Below the pieces are notes generated by a model. That model had not been told where the DNA came from, did no database searches, and saw only the letters and a program-made list of their open reading frames with translations. A stretch of 64,000 nt of DNA from an uncultured Bacteroidales bacterium (GTDB lineage: Bacteria; Bacteroidota; Bacteroidia; Bacteroidales; VadinHA17). The DNA is taken from contig CAVTPX010000002.1 of assembly GCA_963736735.1 (NCBI GenBank), forward strand, positions 83,837-147,836. Reading direction: 5' to 3'. The translations under genes and the position numbers were made by a program. Positions 1 through 10,219 of the stretch are shown piece by piece. Every line of letters begins with the position of its first letter. Positions within the stretch are counted from its first letter, which is position 1.

Positions 1-49
1 TTGTCAACGACGGGCCGGTTACGATATTCATTGACAGCAAGACAAGAGA

Positions 50-1426
50 ATGACAGACCGCGAACTCAAAAGATCAGTGCTGACTGTGACAGCCTTTGCC
101 TCTTTCCTGACTCCGTTCATGGGCTCATCGGTTAACCTGGCGCTCCCATCAATTGGTGAGGAGTTCGGATCAAATGCCGTGATGCTCAACTGGATAGTCA
201 GCAGCTACATGCTTTCAACGGCAATCTTTCTTCTCCCGGCAGGAAGGGTGGGTGATATAATAGGTCGTAAGAAGGTTTTCTTTTCCGGAATACTGCTTTT
301 TACCCTGACGATGCTCCTCCTCACCTTCACCCCCGGAATCGGATGGCTGATCGCCGTGCGTATAGTGCAGGGTGTTGCCAGCGCTATGATTTTCGCGACT
401 AACCTGGCAATACTCACATCCGTTTTCCCCGCAGGAGAACGTGGCAGGGCAATGGGTATCAATGTGACAGCGGTGTATATCGGCCTCTCCTCCGGCCCAT
501 TCCTTGGCGGTCTTCTTACCCGCTACCTGGGCTGGAGAAGCATTTTTGCCTTCCTGATTCCGATGGGCATAATAAGTCTTGTACTGATCCGAAAAAAAAT
601 GAAAGGCGAATGGGCTGACTCAAGAGGAGAAGGGTTTGACTGGCCCGGTGCTGTCATTTATGGTGTCTGCCTTGCTGCAATTATGTACGGCTTTTCAAAA
701 TTGCCATCGGCCACCGGATGGACACTCACCCTGACAGGCATAGCCCTGGTGCCGGTATTTATACTCCGTGAAACAAAAACAGCTCATCCCCTGTTTGATG
801 TTTCACTTATATTCAGAAACAGGGTCTTTGCTTTCTCAAGCCTTGCCGCTCTTATTCATTACGCCGCCACAAGTGCAATAGGATTCTTTCTGAGCCTGTA
901 CCTGCAGTATATAAAGGGTCTGGGGCCACGTGATGCAGGTTTTATTCTGATGTCATGGCCCGTTACAATGGCGCTCCTATCTCCTGTCGCCGGAAAGCTG
1001 TCAGACAAGTACAATCCCGGAGTACTGGCTTCCGCGGGAATGGCGTTGACTTCTATAGGACTGATTATGCTATGCTTCCTTTCCGATACCACTCCTTTTC
1101 CCTATATAATTTTAATACTTATTCTTATGGGACTCGGTTTTTCGCTTTTCTCCTCTCCGAATTCCAATGCAATAATGAGCTCAGTCGAAAAGAAGCAGCT
1201 TGGCAATGCCTCCGGGATGATCGGTACAATGAGAATGGTAGGGCAGACGATGAGCATGGGCGTAGCAATGATGCTTATTGCACTGTTTATGGGTCAGCAG
1301 AAGATAAGCACCACCAATTACCCTCAGCTGCTTGCTGCAATGAAGACCGGATTCATTGTATTCTCCGTGCTCTGCATAGCCGGCATTTTTGCATCGCTCG
1401 CCCGTAATTCCAATCTTAAAAAATAG
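50..1426 (+). CDS. MFS transporter (drug:H+ antiporter-like)
   Basis: 458-aa ORF made almost entirely of hydrophobic helices. MFS motif-A-like loop 'GRVGDIIGRKKVF' lies after the second helix. Confidence 0.85.
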   Translation: MTDRELKRSVLTVTAFASFLTPFMGSSVNLALPSIGEEFGSNAVMLNWIVSSYMLSTAIFLLPAGRVGDIIGRKKVFFSGILLFTLTMLLLTFTPGIGWLIAVRIVQGVASAMIFATNLAILTSVFPAGERGRAMGINVTAVYIGLSSGPFLGGLLTRYLGWRSIFAFLIPMGIISLVLIRKKMKGEWADSRGEGFDWPGAVIYGVCLAAIMYGFSKLPSATGWTLTLTGIALVPVFILRETKTAHPLFDVSLIFRNRVFAFSSLAALIHYAATSAIGFFLSLYLQYIKGLGPRDAGFILMSWPVTMALLSPVAGKLSDKYNPGVLASAGMALTSIGLIMLCFLSDTTPFPYIILILILMGLGFSLFSSPNSNAIMSSVEKKQLGNASGMIGTMRMVGQTMSMGVAMMLIALFMGQQKISTTNYPQLLAAMKTGFIVFSVLCIAGIFASLARNSNLKK

Positions 1427-1483
1427 GATTTTAGGTTTTTATTTGCGTTTCACTAAAAAAACTTAAATTGACCCTGTTTTGCG

Positions 1484-1508
1484 GGGAGGTTAATTACTGT
1501 CGCCTCCC
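1484..1508 (+). terminator. Possible hairpin after the MFS gene (GGGAGG / CCTCCC stem, 13-nt loop, then TTTAAATTATT)
   Basis: Inverted repeat 1484-1489 / 1503-1508 read directly from the sequence. The loop is long and the T-tract weak. Confidence 0.3.
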
Positions 1509-1525
1509 TTTAAATTATTCAGATT

Positions 1526-2398
1526 ATGACAAAGTTATATCAGAAGCTTATAAAGTCGGGAATCACCGCCGACAAAGTCAGGCCGGGTATCAGAGAGTCA
1601 ACGGTCAGTTATGCGGGCGAAGAACGGGCGGAAGTTCTGAGAAACATTTTTTCATTCCTTGACCTTACGAGCCTCAATGTCACAGACAACCACCGGATAA
1701 TTACAGATTTCACTGAAAAGGTGAGCTCATTTAATGTTCACTTTCCTGACATTAAAAATGTGGCTGCAGTTTGCGTCTTTCCCAATTTTGTACAGCCGGC
1801 CATCATCGGACTGAATAACTGCGGAGTAAGGCTGGCAGTGGTTTCTGCGTCATTTCCCACCTCCCAGACATTCCTTGAGGTGAAGGTCATCGAAACAGAA
1901 ATTGCAGTCAGGAACGGGGCTGACGAAATTGATGTAGTTATGCCGTTGGGGGTTTTTCTTGAGAGAGACTACGAGGCAGTCATCGGCGAACTAAAAGCAC
2001 TCAGGCTTGCTGCAGGGGATGCCACACTGAAGGTGATACTTGAAACGGGTGTGCTGAGCGACAATGAGCTTATTTACAAGGCTGCCGTGGTTGCAATTGA
2101 GTCAGGCGCCGACTTCATTAAAACTTCAACTGGAAAAAGCCCAGTATCTGCTACGCCTGAAGCCGCATGGGTAATATGCCGGGCCATTCTCGACTATTAC
2201 ACTGAAACCGGAATTATGATAGGGTTCAAGGCCGCCGGAGGGATAGCTACTCCGGATGAAGCAATAGTATATTACAACATTGTGAAGAAGGAGCTTGGTG
2301 AAAAATGGCTTGATCCTGCCCTGTTCAGGATAGGGGCAAGCAGGCTGGCCAACGGTCTTTTGCACGAGCTGTATCCCGGAAAACCGGCATATTTTTAA
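1526..2398 (+). CDS. deoC: Deoxyribose-phosphate aldolase (long form)
   Basis: 290-aa ORF with the DeoC Schiff-base lysine context 'GADFIKTSTGK'. Overall TIM-barrel aldolase pattern. Confidence 0.8.
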   Translation: MTKLYQKLIKSGITADKVRPGIRESTVSYAGEERAEVLRNIFSFLDLTSLNVTDNHRIITDFTEKVSSFNVHFPDIKNVAAVCVFPNFVQPAIIGLNNCGVRLAVVSASFPTSQTFLEVKVIETEIAVRNGADEIDVVMPLGVFLERDYEAVIGELKALRLAAGDATLKVILETGVLSDNELIYKAAVVAIESGADFIKTSTGKSPVSATPEAAWVICRAILDYYTETGIMIGFKAAGGIATPDEAIVYYNIVKKELGEKWLDPALFRIGASRLANGLLHELYPGKPAYF

Positions 2399-2407
2399 TT
2401 TCTGCAA

Positions 2408-3265
2408 ATGGAGCAGCAGGTAACTGACAGCATTTTTGCAGCCTTTGAGGGAAGTGACATTGACACTGTGGCTCAGAGCGAATTTCAGCTTGGCGGAATT
2501 ATCCCGTATACTGAAAAACCAGGAGCCACAATGGTTGTGACCATGGCTTCGACCCACCAGAGCGAGCTGTACAGGTACGGTAACCGTGTTCCCGGGCAAC
2601 CGGTTCCGGAAGGTATTCTGAACAATGACTTCAGTTTGGGGATGCTTTCAGTCTCCCTTGTCCTCTTCACCGTTCTTTACGCCTTCGCAAGAAAAGTAAT
2701 TACAACCAGCTTTCTTTCGCTGGGCCTGAAACGTCAGCATGATACACCATCTCTGTACTCGTCTGTCATTATTACCTGGCCACCGCTGGCACTGAACCTT
2801 TTTACCCTATTGAACGTAAGCCTTTTTGCCGTAATTGGGGCAGTGTACTCCGGTGCTTTGTCGCCAATGCCTGATGGTGAAATGATAAAGACGACTGCCC
2901 TGTGCCTGGCAGGATTTGCGGGAATCCTGCTTTTCAGGCATACAACCTGCATAATTGTGGCCTCAGTCACCTGGCAGAAAAAGCTGTTCATGGAATATGT
3001 TTCTGTTGTATACAGCACATGGTTTATTGCTGCTGTCTTTTATTTTGTGCTTTCTTCAATTATTCTTTTCGTCCCCTTAAAGACGCCGGTTACCATCGTT
3101 TACACCGGGGCAGCCCTCACGGTTTTCCTCCTTTTCCTTCGGACAATCAAGCTGTTAAACATTTTTATCGTCAGGCGTGTTCCAATATTATATTTCATTT
3201 TGTACCTTTGTGCCCTTGAAGTCCTGCCTGTCCTGATTGTACTGAAAATTCTCGATGTGCTTTGA
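2408..3265 (+). CDS. Polytopic membrane protein, DUF4271-like
   Basis: 285 aa with a soluble N-terminus followed by about 6 TM helices. Its position next to hemD/rnpA matches the Bacteroidota synteny I recall for DUF4271. The family name is from memory only. Confidence 0.6.
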   Translation: MEQQVTDSIFAAFEGSDIDTVAQSEFQLGGIIPYTEKPGATMVVTMASTHQSELYRYGNRVPGQPVPEGILNNDFSLGMLSVSLVLFTVLYAFARKVITTSFLSLGLKRQHDTPSLYSSVIITWPPLALNLFTLLNVSLFAVIGAVYSGALSPMPDGEMIKTTALCLAGFAGILLFRHTTCIIVASVTWQKKLFMEYVSVVYSTWFIAAVFYFVLSSIILFVPLKTPVTIVYTGAALTVFLLFLRTIKLLNIFIVRRVPILYFILYLCALEVLPVLIVLKILDVL

Positions 3266-3301
3266 TGACGGGCAGACACGTGGAGGTTGAACTTAAAACT
3301 T

Positions 3302-4057
3302 ATGGCGTTGAAGATAAGGAAGGTATTAGTGTCGCAACCTGAGCCAAATAATCCGAAATCACCATATTTCGAGCTCGCCAAAAAATACAATCTGAAGGTT
3401 GATTTCAAACAGTTCATTCAGATTGATGGAATTTCCGCGAAGGATTTCCGCCAGCAAAAGATAAATATCCAGGAGTTTTCCGCTGTAGTATTCTCATCGA
3501 AGACGGCTATCGATCACTTTTTCAGGTTGGCCGACGAGATGCGGATTACAATTCCTGACGACATGAAATATTTCTGCATCACGGAGAACGTGGCTTTCTA
3601 CCTGCAGAAATACATTGTCTACCGTAAACGTAAGATCTTCCATGGCAAGGCGAAGTTTGAAGACCTGATGGATATAATCATAAAACACAGGGACGAGAAC
3701 TTTTTCGTTCCGCTTTCAGAGCCTCACAAGACAGATATTCCTGACCTGCTCACAAAAAGCAGCATCAAATTCACTGTTGGAACAATGTACCGCACCATAA
3801 GCAAAGGATTCGACTCCACGGAACTCGATTACGATATCCTGGTCTTCTACAGTCCCTCCGGTATTAAGTCCCTGAAAGAAAATTTTCCCACCTTCATGCA
3901 GGGCGAAATAAAAATCGCCGCCTTCGGGCCTACCACTGCAGAAGCTGTAACCAACGAGGGCTTCCGGCTCGATATACAGGCCCCGAATCCCAAGGCTCCC
4001 TCAATGACAATGGCCCTTGACTGCTTCATCAGAGACTTCAACAAAGGCAACAAGTAA
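3302..4057 (+). CDS. hemD: Uroporphyrinogen-III synthase-like protein
   Basis: About 250 aa with a two-lobed alpha/beta pattern ('VLVSQPEP...FIQI...AVVFSSKTAIDHFF...ILVFYSPSGIKS'). Conserved position upstream of rnpA. ATG at 3302 preferred over the track's TTG at 3287. Confidence 0.6.
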   Translation: MALKIRKVLVSQPEPNNPKSPYFELAKKYNLKVDFKQFIQIDGISAKDFRQQKINIQEFSAVVFSSKTAIDHFFRLADEMRITIPDDMKYFCITENVAFYLQKYIVYRKRKIFHGKAKFEDLMDIIIKHRDENFFVPLSEPHKTDIPDLLTKSSIKFTVGTMYRTISKGFDSTELDYDILVFYSPSGIKSLKENFPTFMQGEIKIAAFGPTTAEAVTNEGFRLDIQAPNPKAPSMTMALDCFIRDFNKGNK

Positions 4058-4433
4058 GGCTTCTTTCGCAAAGGGAGAAAGACTTTGCGGCGTTAAGCCA
4101 ATCAATGATCTTTTTGCTACAGGCAATCATGTCCGGCTAAACTGGTTCCGTGCACTGTATGCAGTTGCCGAAGGAAGCGCAGAACTGTCGCCGGCAAGGC
4201 TCCTGATCTCCGTGCCCAAAAGATATTTCAAGAAGGCCGTGATGCGCAATCTTCTTCGCAGAAGAATAAGGGAAGCTTACAGGAAGAACAAATTCCCTCT
4301 GACTGAATACCTTACAAAAAACGGAAAACATATGGACGTGGCTATTATCTGGAGTTCGCCGGATCCTGCTGATTACTTTCAGATAGAAGAATCGGTAAAG
4401 GAACTGATCCGGAAGCTGACACATGTTCGGTGA
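4017..4433 (+). CDS. rnpA: Ribonuclease P protein component
   Basis: 'KGERL....IN.LF' N-terminus and the basic 'KKAVMRNLLRRRIREAYRK' RNR-type motif. The only in-frame start is TTG 4017, which overlaps hemD by 41 nt, so the start is uncertain. Confidence 0.8.
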   Translation: MTASSETSTKATSKASFAKGERLCGVKPINDLFATGNHVRLNWFRALYAVAEGSAELSPARLLISVPKRYFKKAVMRNLLRRRIREAYRKNKFPLTEYLTKNGKHMDVAIIWSSPDPADYFQIEESVKELIRKLTHVR

Positions 4434-4462
4434 ACCGTTAACTTTGCATAAAACCATTTCAC

Positions 4463-6133
4463 ATGCACCCTATAAAAACAAAAAGAACACTCCTTATCCT
4501 GGCAGCAACAGCAGTTGCAGTCATTTCACTGGGCTTCCTGTTTGCAGATCAGCAGGATAAGGATTTCAAACTGACTAAGAATATCGATATTTATATTTCC
4601 CTGTTCAGGGAGCTCAATGCATTTTATGTTGACGAGATCGATCCTGAGAAGCTGGTTGAAACAAGCATCACAGGCATGCTTGAGACCCTTGACCCATATA
4701 CTGTGTATTACCCCCAGGAAGATGTGAGCGACCTTGACTTCATGACTACCGGCAAATACGGTGGATTCGGATCACTTATCAGAAAATCAGGCGATTACAT
4801 TGTTGTGACAAACGTCTATAAGGGATTTCCGGCAGACAGGAACGGGATAAAGCCGGGAGATATAATGCTCAGCATAGACGGAAAATCACTGAAGGGCGTT
4901 GCCTCTGACAAGGCATCGGATATGCTGAAGGGTGAGCCGGGGTCTGCGGCAGAAATCACCCTGCTCAGGAACGGCAAAGAGATCGCTGTGAAACTGAACC
5001 GTGAAAAAATTTCGATACCTGCCGTTCCGTATTACGGAATGGTTGACGGTTCAACAGGTTACATCCGTTTCACCAATTTCACTCAGAACTGCATCACTGA
5101 AGTAAGGGATGCTCTCACGGATCTCATGGATAAACAGGGTGCTACGAGTATTATACTGGACCTGCGCAACAATCCGGGAGGACTTGTATCCGAAGCCGTT
5201 GAAATTGTAAACCTGTTCGTGATGCCGGGACAGGAGGTTGTAAGCACCCGGGGCAGGGTAAAACAATATGACGCCGTTTTCAAAACACAGAAGAATCCGG
5301 TTGCGCCAGATATGCCGCTTGTAATCCTTATCAACAGGGGTTCAGCCTCAGCCTCGGAGATTGTGGCAGGCGCAATTCAGGACCTTGACAGAGGGGTTAT
5401 CCTGGGAGAACGATCATACGGGAAGGGGCTTGTACAGGTAGCCAGACCTCTCAGCTATAAAGCCGAACTTAAGCTGACAACGGCAAAATATTACATCCCC
5501 AGCGGAAGATGCATCCAGGCTGTCGATTTTTCTCACCGCAACGAGGATGGCAGCGTAGGAGTCATCCCTGATTCACTTATCAAAACATTCAGGACAAAAA
5601 ACGGCAGGACAGTGAAGGACGGAGGAGGGATCATTCCTGACACGACAATCGCGTCGGAGATGCTTTCAAGGTTTACGAGCGAACTGTATGTTCAGAATAT
5701 GATCTTTGACTTTGCCACCGAGTATTACTGGTCGCACCCTGTTCCCACAAACCCTGACAGTGTCCGTATTAGTGACGGAGATTTTGACAGCTTCGGGGAA
5801 TTCCTTAAAAGGAAGAACTTCTCATATAAGACTGATTCTGAGGCGGGGCTTGAAGAGTTTGTAAAACTCACAAAAAATGAGGGTCTTTACGAGGCGAATT
5901 CAGCCACCATCGGGGAGCTGCAGAAGGGTGTATCACACAATCTCGGGAATGACCTTAAAACCCATAAAAAGGATATTGCCGAACTTATAGGGTCGGAGCT
6001 TGCCGGAAGATATTTCTATGATGCAGGAGCGGTAAGGTTCTCGCTTCCGTTTGACAAACAGATTAATGAGGCTGTAGGTATCGCTGCAGACAGTGATTTG
6101 TACGCTTCCTTTCTTAAGGCCGGCCAGCGCTGA
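4463..6133 (+). CDS. S41 family C-terminal processing peptidase
   Basis: N-terminal TM/signal, PDZ segment 'GIKPGDIMLSIDGKSL', 'DLRNNPGGL', catalytic-Ser context 'INRGSASASEIVAGA', and 'SYGKGLVQ' Lys context. Confidence 0.9.
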   Translation: MHPIKTKRTLLILAATAVAVISLGFLFADQQDKDFKLTKNIDIYISLFRELNAFYVDEIDPEKLVETSITGMLETLDPYTVYYPQEDVSDLDFMTTGKYGGFGSLIRKSGDYIVVTNVYKGFPADRNGIKPGDIMLSIDGKSLKGVASDKASDMLKGEPGSAAEITLLRNGKEIAVKLNREKISIPAVPYYGMVDGSTGYIRFTNFTQNCITEVRDALTDLMDKQGATSIILDLRNNPGGLVSEAVEIVNLFVMPGQEVVSTRGRVKQYDAVFKTQKNPVAPDMPLVILINRGSASASEIVAGAIQDLDRGVILGERSYGKGLVQVARPLSYKAELKLTTAKYYIPSGRCIQAVDFSHRNEDGSVGVIPDSLIKTFRTKNGRTVKDGGGIIPDTTIASEMLSRFTSELYVQNMIFDFATEYYWSHPVPTNPDSVRISDGDFDSFGEFLKRKNFSYKTDSEAGLEEFVKLTKNEGLYEANSATIGELQKGVSHNLGNDLKTHKKDIAELIGSELAGRYFYDAGAVRFSLPFDKQINEAVGIAADSDLYASFLKAGQR

Positions 6134-6148
6134 TCGCGTCAGACTGAA

Positions 6149-6574
6149 TCATTTCCACTTTTCTGCGGAGTCGCTATAATACTCTTTCTTCCAGATTGGC
6201 AACCGCTCCTTTACAAGCTCGAGCGTATGCCGGCAGGCCCGCGTGGCATGATCACGGTGGCCCGCCGTTACCATTATGAAAAGCGAGGCCTCCCCGGCTT
6301 TTACAATGCCGGTTGAATGTAAAATCATTACACTTCTTACGTCGCTGAATGCGGATCTCACGAGGGAGATTATGGCTTCGGTTTCAGTTTCTGCCATTTC
6401 CGGGTACGCTGAATATTCGATTGCAGTCACTTTTGTTCCCTCATTTTCGTCATCCCTGACCTTTCCGATGAAAACGGATACCGCTCCTGCAGCTGTATCA
6501 TCGCTTCCCGCGGTCAGAAGCCCGGATATCAGTGACGGAGTCAATGGTCCGTCGACCAGGTATTCCTGTTTCAT
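6149..6574 (-). CDS. moaE: Molybdopterin synthase catalytic subunit
   Basis: 141 aa, MoaE-like ('VSVFIGKVRD...','PIWKKE'). It sits 12 nt downstream of a MoaD-type gene. Confidence 0.8.
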   Translation of the reverse strand: MKQEYLVDGPLTPSLISGLLTAGSDDTAAGAVSVFIGKVRDDENEGTKVTAIEYSAYPEMAETETEAIISLVRSAFSDVRSVMILHSTGIVKAGEASLFIMVTAGHRDHATRACRHTLELVKERLPIWKKEYYSDSAEKWK

Positions 6575-6586
6575 TTTATCTCATTT

Positions 6587-6826
6587 TCAGCCTCCTGCAA
6601 ACGGAGGAAGAACTGCAATTTTATCGTTCTCTTTCAGCGAAGTTTCTGCCGTAAGCAACCTGCCGTTCAGCGCCAGCCTGAAGCTGACAGAATTCATGCG
6701 AGGGTATTTTTCGGCAATCATTTTGCGAAGACCTGCCGTACCTTCCGCTGCGAACTCCTCCTCCACAGTGCCGGCTATCTCCTGCGCAATACCAAAATAC
6801 AATACCTTAACCATATTAAAACTCAT
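6587..6826 (-). CDS. moaD: Molybdopterin synthase sulfur-carrier subunit (ThiS/MoaD fold)
   Basis: 79 aa ending in the diagnostic C-terminal Gly-Gly ('VLPPFAGG'). Its ATG overlaps the polA stop by 1 nt (TAATG). Confidence 0.75.
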   Translation of the reverse strand: MSFNMVKVLYFGIAQEIAGTVEEEFAAEGTAGLRKMIAEKYPRMNSVSFRLALNGRLLTAETSLKENDKIAVLPPFAGG

Positions 6827-9660
6827 TAATGGGCTTCCAGCCAGTTATTTCCGGTACCGGTATCGACCTCCAGGGGCACCGCGAGCGATGCCGCTCCTTT
6901 CATTTCCTCCGTCACTAATTTGCGGAGCCTCTCAGTATCCTTAACCGCAACTTCGAAAATAAGTTCGTCATGAACCTGGAGGATCATTTTTGCTTCAGGC
7001 ATCTCTTTCTCAAGCCGGTCAGCAATGCGCACCATCGCAATCTTGATTATATCTGCCGCGCTCCCCTGAAGGGGCGCATTTATAGCGTTTCTTTCGGCAT
7101 TGCCCCTGACAACCTGGCTTCGCGAGTGTATGTCAGGCACATAGCGGCGCCTTCCGAACATCGTTGTAACATATCCGGTGTCCCTTGCCCCGCTTATGCT
7201 TTTATCCATATATTCCTTCACTCCGGGATATGATGCAAAGTATCCGTCAATCAGCTCCTTCGCCTCCTTCCTGCCAATTGTAAGCCTTTCCGAAAGTCCG
7301 AACGCCGATATCCCGTAGATTATCCCGAAGTTGGCAGTCTTGGCCCTTGACCTCATTTCACGAGTGACATCGGCAACCGGTACTCTGAAAATTTTGGAAG
7401 CCGTTGCAGCGTGTATGTCCTGCCCCGAGAGGAAATCGGCGATCATTCCGTTGTCGCCGCTAAGATGGGCCATCAGCCTCAGTTCTATCTGTGAATAATC
7501 GGCACTGAGAAAGATTTTACCGTCATCGGGGATAAACGCCCTTCTTATCTCCCTCCCCTCCTCGTCACGCACGGGAATATTCTGCAGGTTCGGGTTTGTG
7601 GAACTGAGCCTGCCGGTAGAGGCAACAGCCTGGTTGTATGTCGTGTGTATCCTGCCTGTTTTTTTGTCAATCAGCTCCGGCAGCGACTCGACATACGTTG
7701 AAAGCAGCTTTTTGAGTCCGCGGTATTCGAGAACCTTTCCAATGACAGGATGCTTTGAAACAAGCCGCTGAAGCACCTCTTCGTCAGTGCGGTACTGCCT
7801 TGTTTTTGTAAGCCTGGCATTGTCGTCGAGCTTAAGCCTCAGGAACAGAATATCGCCCAGCTGCTTTGGCGATGAAATGTTAAATTCCTGGCCGGCAAGG
7901 TCATAAATCTCCTTCTCGAGTCTGATTATTGTCTCCCTCAGGGTGATTGCAAAATTCTTCAGCACATCCACGTTTATCCTTATCCCTTCCCTTTCCATGG
8001 AGGCAAGCACGCTGATGAGCGGCATCTCAATCTCCTTCGAAAGCTTTTCAAGGCCCTGGCTGAGCAGCATAGGCTCAAATGTCTCTTTAAGCTGCCAGGT
8101 AATATCAGCATCCTCTACAGAATACTCCCGTACCTTTTCCTTTTCGACCTCGCGCATGTTCTTTTGCCTTGGACCCCTCTCCCCGATAAGATCCTCGATG
8201 GGAACGGGTCTGTATCCAAGGTATTTCTCAGAGAGGAGGTCCATGCTGTGCCTCATGTCAGGCTCCAGCAGGTAATGTGCCACCATTGTGTCAAACAGGG
8301 GCCCTTTGACTTTTATTCCGTAACCTGACAGGACCTGGATGTCAAACTTGAGATTCTGTCCTGTCTTTCCGATTGTTGCGTTTTCAAAGACAGGCTTCAG
8401 GGGAGCGAGGAGCTCCTGTGCAGCCTTCCTGTCTGCGGGTAGCCAGAGGAGAGTTCCGCTTCCCTTTTTCCAGCTGAATGCAACGGCTACAAGTTCTGTA
8501 TTAAGTGAATCTAACGAGGTTGTCTCCGTGTCGAAGCAGAACTCCTTTTGCGCGGCCAGCAATGAAGCAAATTGCGTGACTGACTGAAGGTCTTCAATCA
8601 GGTTATAATTATGATCTGTAGTCAGAATTGAATGCCCGGCATCTGACACTGCCTGTTCCGGCAGACCGAAAAGCGACCCCTGCGAGACGTCTGCCGGCCG
8701 TTGCGGCCCGGTTACAGGAGCGTACTGCTTTTCAGGTTGTTCAGCCGGAAGAGCTGCCGTTTTGTCGAGTTTTGACGCCATTGTGCGAAACTCCAGTTCC
8801 CCGTACACCGCTTTCAGCAGGGCAATATCCGGCTCCTGCCTGTGAAACTGCTCATGCCTGAATTCAACAGGAACGTTCTGCTCTATTGTAGCAAGACGTT
8901 TAGAGAGCAATATCTGTTCGCGGTTTTCCTCAACAGCCTCCTTTTGCTTGCCTGAGAGCTTCGATGAGTTCACGAGAAGGCTCTCTATGCCACCGAACTC
9001 GGAAATAAGCTTACGGGCCGTTTTAGGGCCAATACCGGGTGCTCCGGGGATATTGTCCGATGCGTCACCCATGAGCCCGAGCAGGTCGATTATAGATTCC
9101 GGTTTAACGCCGTATTCCCTGACTATTTCGTCAGGGCCCCAGACTTCCGCTTCTCCCCCGCTTCGTCCGGGCCTGTACATCATCACATTTTCGGTGACAA
9201 GCTGAGCAAAATCCTTGTCAGGAGTCATCATGTATGTTTTGTAGCCGGCCTCAGCTGCCTTGCGTGCGAGAGTACCTATCACGTCGTCTGCCTCAAACCC
9301 GGCAACCTCAATCACCGGTATGCGAAACCCCTCCAGAATCCTTTTGATGTAAGGAACGGCTATTTTTATATCCTCGGGAGTGGCGTCCCTGTTTGCCTTG
9401 TATTCCGGGTAGATTTCATGCCTGAATGTAGGTCCGGGAGGATCGAATACAACGGCAATGTGGGTCGGTTTCTGTTTTGCCAGCAGCTCTTCAAGAGTCA
9501 GAAGGAACCCGAAAACAGCTGAGGTGTTCATTCCCGCTGTTGTTATCCTGGGATTCCTGATAAAGGCATAGTATGACCTGAAAATCAGCGCATATGCGTC
9601 AAGCAGGAAGAGTCTCCTGTCTTCGTTGTTTTCTTTCACGTGTTGTCTGATGCATGCCAC
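6826..9660 (-). CDS. polA: DNA polymerase I
   Basis: Full 5'-nuclease, 3'-5' exo and Pol A domains ('LFLLDAYALIFRSYYAF', 'DYSQIELRLMAH', 'QVHDELIFE'). The more likely start is GTG at 9639, which forms a GTGA overlap with the queD stop. Confidence 0.97.
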   Translation of the reverse strand: MACIRQHVKENNEDRRLFLLDAYALIFRSYYAFIRNPRITTAGMNTSAVFGFLLTLEELLAKQKPTHIAVVFDPPGPTFRHEIYPEYKANRDATPEDIKIAVPYIKRILEGFRIPVIEVAGFEADDVIGTLARKAAEAGYKTYMMTPDKDFAQLVTENVMMYRPGRSGGEAEVWGPDEIVREYGVKPESIIDLLGLMGDASDNIPGAPGIGPKTARKLISEFGGIESLLVNSSKLSGKQKEAVEENREQILLSKRLATIEQNVPVEFRHEQFHRQEPDIALLKAVYGELEFRTMASKLDKTAALPAEQPEKQYAPVTGPQRPADVSQGSLFGLPEQAVSDAGHSILTTDHNYNLIEDLQSVTQFASLLAAQKEFCFDTETTSLDSLNTELVAVAFSWKKGSGTLLWLPADRKAAQELLAPLKPVFENATIGKTGQNLKFDIQVLSGYGIKVKGPLFDTMVAHYLLEPDMRHSMDLLSEKYLGYRPVPIEDLIGERGPRQKNMREVEKEKVREYSVEDADITWQLKETFEPMLLSQGLEKLSKEIEMPLISVLASMEREGIRINVDVLKNFAITLRETIIRLEKEIYDLAGQEFNISSPKQLGDILFLRLKLDDNARLTKTRQYRTDEEVLQRLVSKHPVIGKVLEYRGLKKLLSTYVESLPELIDKKTGRIHTTYNQAVASTGRLSSTNPNLQNIPVRDEEGREIRRAFIPDDGKIFLSADYSQIELRLMAHLSGDNGMIADFLSGQDIHAATASKIFRVPVADVTREMRSRAKTANFGIIYGISAFGLSERLTIGRKEAKELIDGYFASYPGVKEYMDKSISGARDTGYVTTMFGRRRYVPDIHSRSQVVRGNAERNAINAPLQGSAADIIKIAMVRIADRLEKEMPEAKMILQVHDELIFEVAVKDTERLRKLVTEEMKGAASLAVPLEVDTGTGNNWLEAH

Positions 9661-10085
9661 TCGGCAAAGGAGGTGGCGGTTTCGTAAAGTTTAACACTGT
9701 GCAGTTTTACGCCCGCCGGCGTTTTTTCCGAAACAGTCCGGGCAATATCTGCCACAAGGTTTTCACATGTAGGCTGATAGGGTGTCACAATTACATTTTC
9801 AAAGTGGGAGCGGTAGCTTTCAATTTTTTCATCAGGAGCGAAACCTGCAACCATCAGGGAATGGTCAAATCTGTCGACCACGTTTTTTTTCACTATCTCC
9901 TTAAGATCCCCGAAGTCGATAACCATCCCGTTCCGCGGGTCTTCCGGATCATCTGCCGGAACCCCGGAAAACGTTACGTAAAGAATATATGAATGCCCGT
10001 GGACATTCCGGCACGGACCATCATAGTTCCAGAGGGCATGCGCCATTTCAAAATGAAATTCCTTTGTGATCCTGATTACTGCCAT
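9636..10085 (-). CDS. queD: 6-carboxytetrahydropterin synthase (PTPS family)
   Basis: 'FHFEMAHAL...CRNVHGHSY' Zn/catalytic motif. ATG at 10085 chosen because the track ORF has a 25-codon unsupported N-extension. Confidence 0.8.
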   Translation of the reverse strand: MAVIRITKEFHFEMAHALWNYDGPCRNVHGHSYILYVTFSGVPADDPEDPRNGMVIDFGDLKEIVKKNVVDRFDHSLMVAGFAPDEKIESYRSHFENVIVTPYQPTCENLVADIARTVSEKTPAGVKLHSVKLYETATSFAEWHASDNT

Positions 10086-10219
10086 TTGAGGATTTATTGA
10101 TGACTGCAAAATTAACGATTTATAAGCATTATTGTTTACCAGGCCTTTTCTGCCTGACAATTACAACTTTAGTGTTTTGTATTACATAAAAGAATTAACT
10201 TTGCGCCCAATTAACATCT

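Noticed and set aside
1-49. TTGTCAA ... TTGACAg inverted repeat upstream of the MFS gene as a TetR/MarR-type operator
   Set aside because: The 7-bp arms are imperfect and separated by 23 nt. No regulator gene is visible because the window starts here, so the idea cannot be supported.
6276-6944. 222-aa ORF on the plus strand
   Set aside because: It is entirely antisense to moaE, moaD and the polA 3' end. The translation is Ser/Pro/Ala-rich and low complexity, typical of a shadow ORF. The opposite-strand genes have clear family motifs.
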